DNA of 64,000 nt from Podarcis liolepis (lineage: Eukaryota). Positions within the stretch are counted from its first letter, which is position 1. Every line of letters starts with the position of its first letter. Below are positions 60,751 to 64,000 of the stretch, piece after piece. Below the pieces are notes generated by a model. It worked only from the letters and a program-made list of their open reading frames with translations, did no database searches and was not told the DNA's origin. A program made the translations under genes and the position numbers. Location of the stretch: NCBI GenBank assembly GCA_965112155.1, contig OZ218098.1, one strand, 5' to 3'.

Positions 60751-62840
60751 GCTTCATCTATAAGAGTGGTCTTTAAGGCGAAAGATGAAGGCAAAACTGC
60801 AAAAGAAATCATCTGTATTTTTTCATTGTCTCCCTGATAGCAACATATTCTGAATCACCATAGATATCTCCATAGGATAAAACAATCAATCTAAATAATA
60901 TTCTGTTTGCTGAATTGATTGCCCAACTTCTCAATTCATCTTTTTAAAAAAGTCTCACGTTATGTACAGAGCAAATGAAACTGTTCGGCCCATTAATTAT
61001 AAAGTTCCAAATGAAATGTTCCATTTATTTCCCCCATGGAAAGACCTGATTATTTTAAAAGTTCTGAGAGCACTATGTAGCATTCCTCCTTGTCTGGGCA
61101 TTGTAACAGAGCTCATTTTTCAGCGGAGGCTCCCCATTATTTGTAGGAAAATTGTGGTCAAACCCATGTACTCCCAAGCCTTTTGATCTCCTGAATCCTC
61201 TTCATATCCTAGATTTTTTTTTTAAAAAAGTCAGTGATTAAGACAAAGTTCTTTAAAGAACGCATAGTCAGGCTTCTGTTTGACCAAAATGGTTTCCCAG
61301 TGAATCAAACCTTTCTCTGCTCAGGGGGGGTGTTCCACAATAGGCCCTGAAAAGATGGATAGAGCAATTGTCCTGTTTAGTGATCCACGAAAGGAAAGGA
61401 GTCCTTAGTGAAGGGAGACCTTACACTAAATCTGACCTGACACTTTAGGAGTAAGACAATAAAAGGTCAAGGGGACTAACGAGAGGAAAAATTCAAACAA
61501 TAGGTGCCACAGCTAGCACACAGCTCCTGCCACACAGACTATGGGGCGGCCGCGTTAACTGCCTCAGACATGTGAAGGGTAAGTGAAGCGGAAAGAACTT
61601 GAAGTTTCCTTCTTAAGAATTGTGGCCCAGAATTTTCACAACTTACCCAGGCCTCCCAAAGAGGTCAAAGTGACAGTTAGGTCTGAGAAGAATTTTTTCT
61701 CTCAAAGGGAGAAAATATATGAAATTATCTAATGTGGGTGGAAATGAGAAATGTAGATTATGTAGAGACTTGAATTATTCTTATTATTTATTAAAGGCTG
61801 GACCTGAGATCTGACAGGACATTAGGATAACCTCAGGAAGAAAAAAGCCAGTAGGAAATTGTGGAAGAGAAACTGCGTGAATGTGGAATTTGTGCATCTT
61901 CAGGTGCCACTTTTTTTAAAAAAAACAACTCACTTGGTTCTCTTTTGTTTGAACCAGCGAGAATTCAGTAGTGAGAACTTCCTGCAAGCATTTGGCAATT
62001 GTGTCTTTCTTGGTGTGAATGAGTTCTTGTTCTTGTGATCTGCCTGGAGACAAAAGGAGGAATTTTTGTGGCTCCTGCGTATATCTCTGTTGTCAATCGC
62101 ATCTCCATTATCACTTCTTTGTAACAAGGCCCTGCCCTTGTTAAAATGAGCAGCCTTCTTCTTGGCCAAGTTGGGCAGAGGCTCTAATTACTTACTTTGG
62201 TGTGTATGCACCATCCGGCCAATCTTTAGAGATGCTAACAGCTACCCACTGCTTGTCAATAATAAGATTCTTCATCCAAGGGCCTCAGGAAGCAAACCTT
62301 TTCCTTTAAAAAAAATATAACTAGGAAATGTTTGTGCCACTGAAATGACATTCTTCCACTTCTAGGTTCTTCGTTCTCCTGACAGCCCACAGGCATTGCC
62401 ATTTGTAAGAGTATCATTTCCAGGTTGTAAATGGTTGTACTTAAGAGATTTTACTAATTTTTCTAACCACTGACCATTCCTGAAATCCCGGTGTAATACA
62501 GATAGCAGGGTATCTTAGATAAGGAATGCTGGCCAAGAAAATGGAGTTAATGTTGTTAAAGCATGATTATTAGGATGACAGATATTTTATAATGAACAAA
62601 GCTATAAAGTTAGAGGGCCTAGACTCATAATTCTACTGTTGGTAGTTAAGCCGTAGACAAGATATGGCTTGGTTGAAGCATGTGGTGTCTGGAATATCTG
62701 CATATAGCTTTCTTTTTCAGGAGAAAGTAAAAAGCTTGTAATAACAAATCTAGATCTGGATACTAAATCTAGGTATGGGCATACTAAATCCAGATTAGAA
62801 ACTGTGATATCAGTGGCTTGAGGAGCTGTGTGGTAAGTAG

Positions 62841-63196
62841 AAGGTAAAGGTAAAGGGACCCCTGACCGTTAGGTCCAGTCTCAGACGACTCTGGGGTTGT
62901 GGCGCTCATCTCGCTTTATTGGCCAAGGGAGCCGGCATACAGCTTCCAGGTCATGTGGCCAGCATGACTAAGCTGTTTCTGGCAAACCAGAGCAGTGCAC
63001 AGAAATGCCGTTTACCTTCCCACCGGATCAGTACCTATTTATCTACTTGCACTTTGACGTGCTTTTGAAATGCTAGGTTGGCAGGAGCAGGGACTGAGCA
63101 ACGGGAGCTCACCCCATTGCAGGGATTCAAACCGCCAACCTTCTGTTTGGCAAGCCCTAGACTCTGTGGTTTAGACCACAGTGCCACCCGCGTCCC
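62841..63196 (-). mobile_element. Full-length Sauria SINE (same subtype as the 29098 copy)
   Basis: (AAAGGT)n tail at left, head ...GTGCCACCCGCGTCCC at right, degenerate TSD TAAGT(A/G)GA. Confidence 0.92.
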
Positions 63197-63937
63197 TAAG
63201 TGGAGGTACTATACTGCTTTGTTGACAAAAGGTCTAGCCATTTCATACTGACTTTCAATTACTGGGGGCGATTGATTTCTATTCCTTTCTGTGAGACTGA
63301 GTTCCTACCCACAATCCTCAGGAGGTAGACCTCAATTGAAGATTTCTGGGTGATGTCCTTGAATCCTTGATATTCAGTATGCTAAAACGACTGTTAAGGA
63401 CTGGAAAGAACAAGTCAAAAAGATGGCCTGATTCATTTTTTGTCACATTGAAAATCAAGAATGAGTTTCCTGCTCCTTATCTTCCTTTCTTTCTGTTTAA
63501 TATGTATTTAGTGCTAACTGTGTGTTGGGCTTTCTTCAAGGCATTGAAATGTTGTCCTCCCTTTCTTCAGAGAGTCAAGATTTTAATCAGACATAGAGAG
63601 AAAAGGTGATGGGAGGCCACTACCTAAGGAGTAGCAAGATTAGTATTGCATGCTTTTCATAACTCAAGTTATGATTTTGTCCACAAGAACATCACAAAAC
63701 ATTGCAGTATGACATGTCTACTAACTGCTGCTTGTTTATGGCGGCGATATTTAAATCATGTCACTTATCAGCAGGTGAAATTGTAAATTATAAAGCATGA
63801 AGAGTGTGTTGTTGTGTACCATGCCTATAAAATACAGAGAAGAACAAATTGTCTTCTCTGTAGGAGGCCATAGCTCAGTGATAGAGAACTTTTAATGCAG
63901 AAGACCCCAGATTTATTCCCTGGTATCTCGAGATGTA

Positions 63938-64000
63938 CAGTGGTGCCTCGCAAGACGAAATTAATCCGTTCCGCAAGTCTCTTCGTCTAGCGGTTTTTTC
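63938..64000. mobile_element. Left end of a Tigger/pogo-like MITE, truncated by the window edge
   Basis: TA|CAGTGGTGCCTCGCAAGACGAAATTAATCCGTTCC; follows a SINE head at about 63863-63935. Confidence 0.75.

Noticed and set aside
18700-64000. A second gene, CRISPR-like array or novel multi-gene system upstream
   Set aside because: All ORFs are short and either unrecognisable or TE-derived, and repeats are dispersed TE copies rather than regularly spaced arrays. This fits the known gene desert 5' of CCND1. Spliced lncRNAs cannot be excluded from sequence alone.

Overview
Vertebrate genomic DNA from a squamate reptile. The Sauria/Squam SINEs suggest a lacertid lizard, but the species is an inference. 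The only supportable protein-coding gene is cyclin D1 (CCND1) on the minus strand. Coding exons 1-4 lie at 17820-18017, 16006-16221, 14891-15050 and 8630-8778, with canonical GT-AG sites and lengths 198/216/160/149 nt. Exon 5 was not found and presumably lies left of the window. The proximal promoter (TCF/LEF site, CRE, Oct motifs) closely resembles the mammalian CCND1 promoter and sits in a CpG-rich domain at about 16.4-24.5 kb. The remaining ~45 kb upstream is gene-free, with candidate conserved enhancers and many transposons: Sauria SINEs, L1/L2/CR1 remnants, a Penelope-like insertion with a decayed hammerhead ribozyme, a solo LTR with a nested hAT MITE, and Tigger/pogo-like MITEs. I see no convincing new multi-gene system. 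The best leads are a possible reptilian cyclin D1b-like isoform, the dead hammerhead, a transposon-borne NRF1 motif cluster, and CpG retention in repeats that maps the unmethylated domain.
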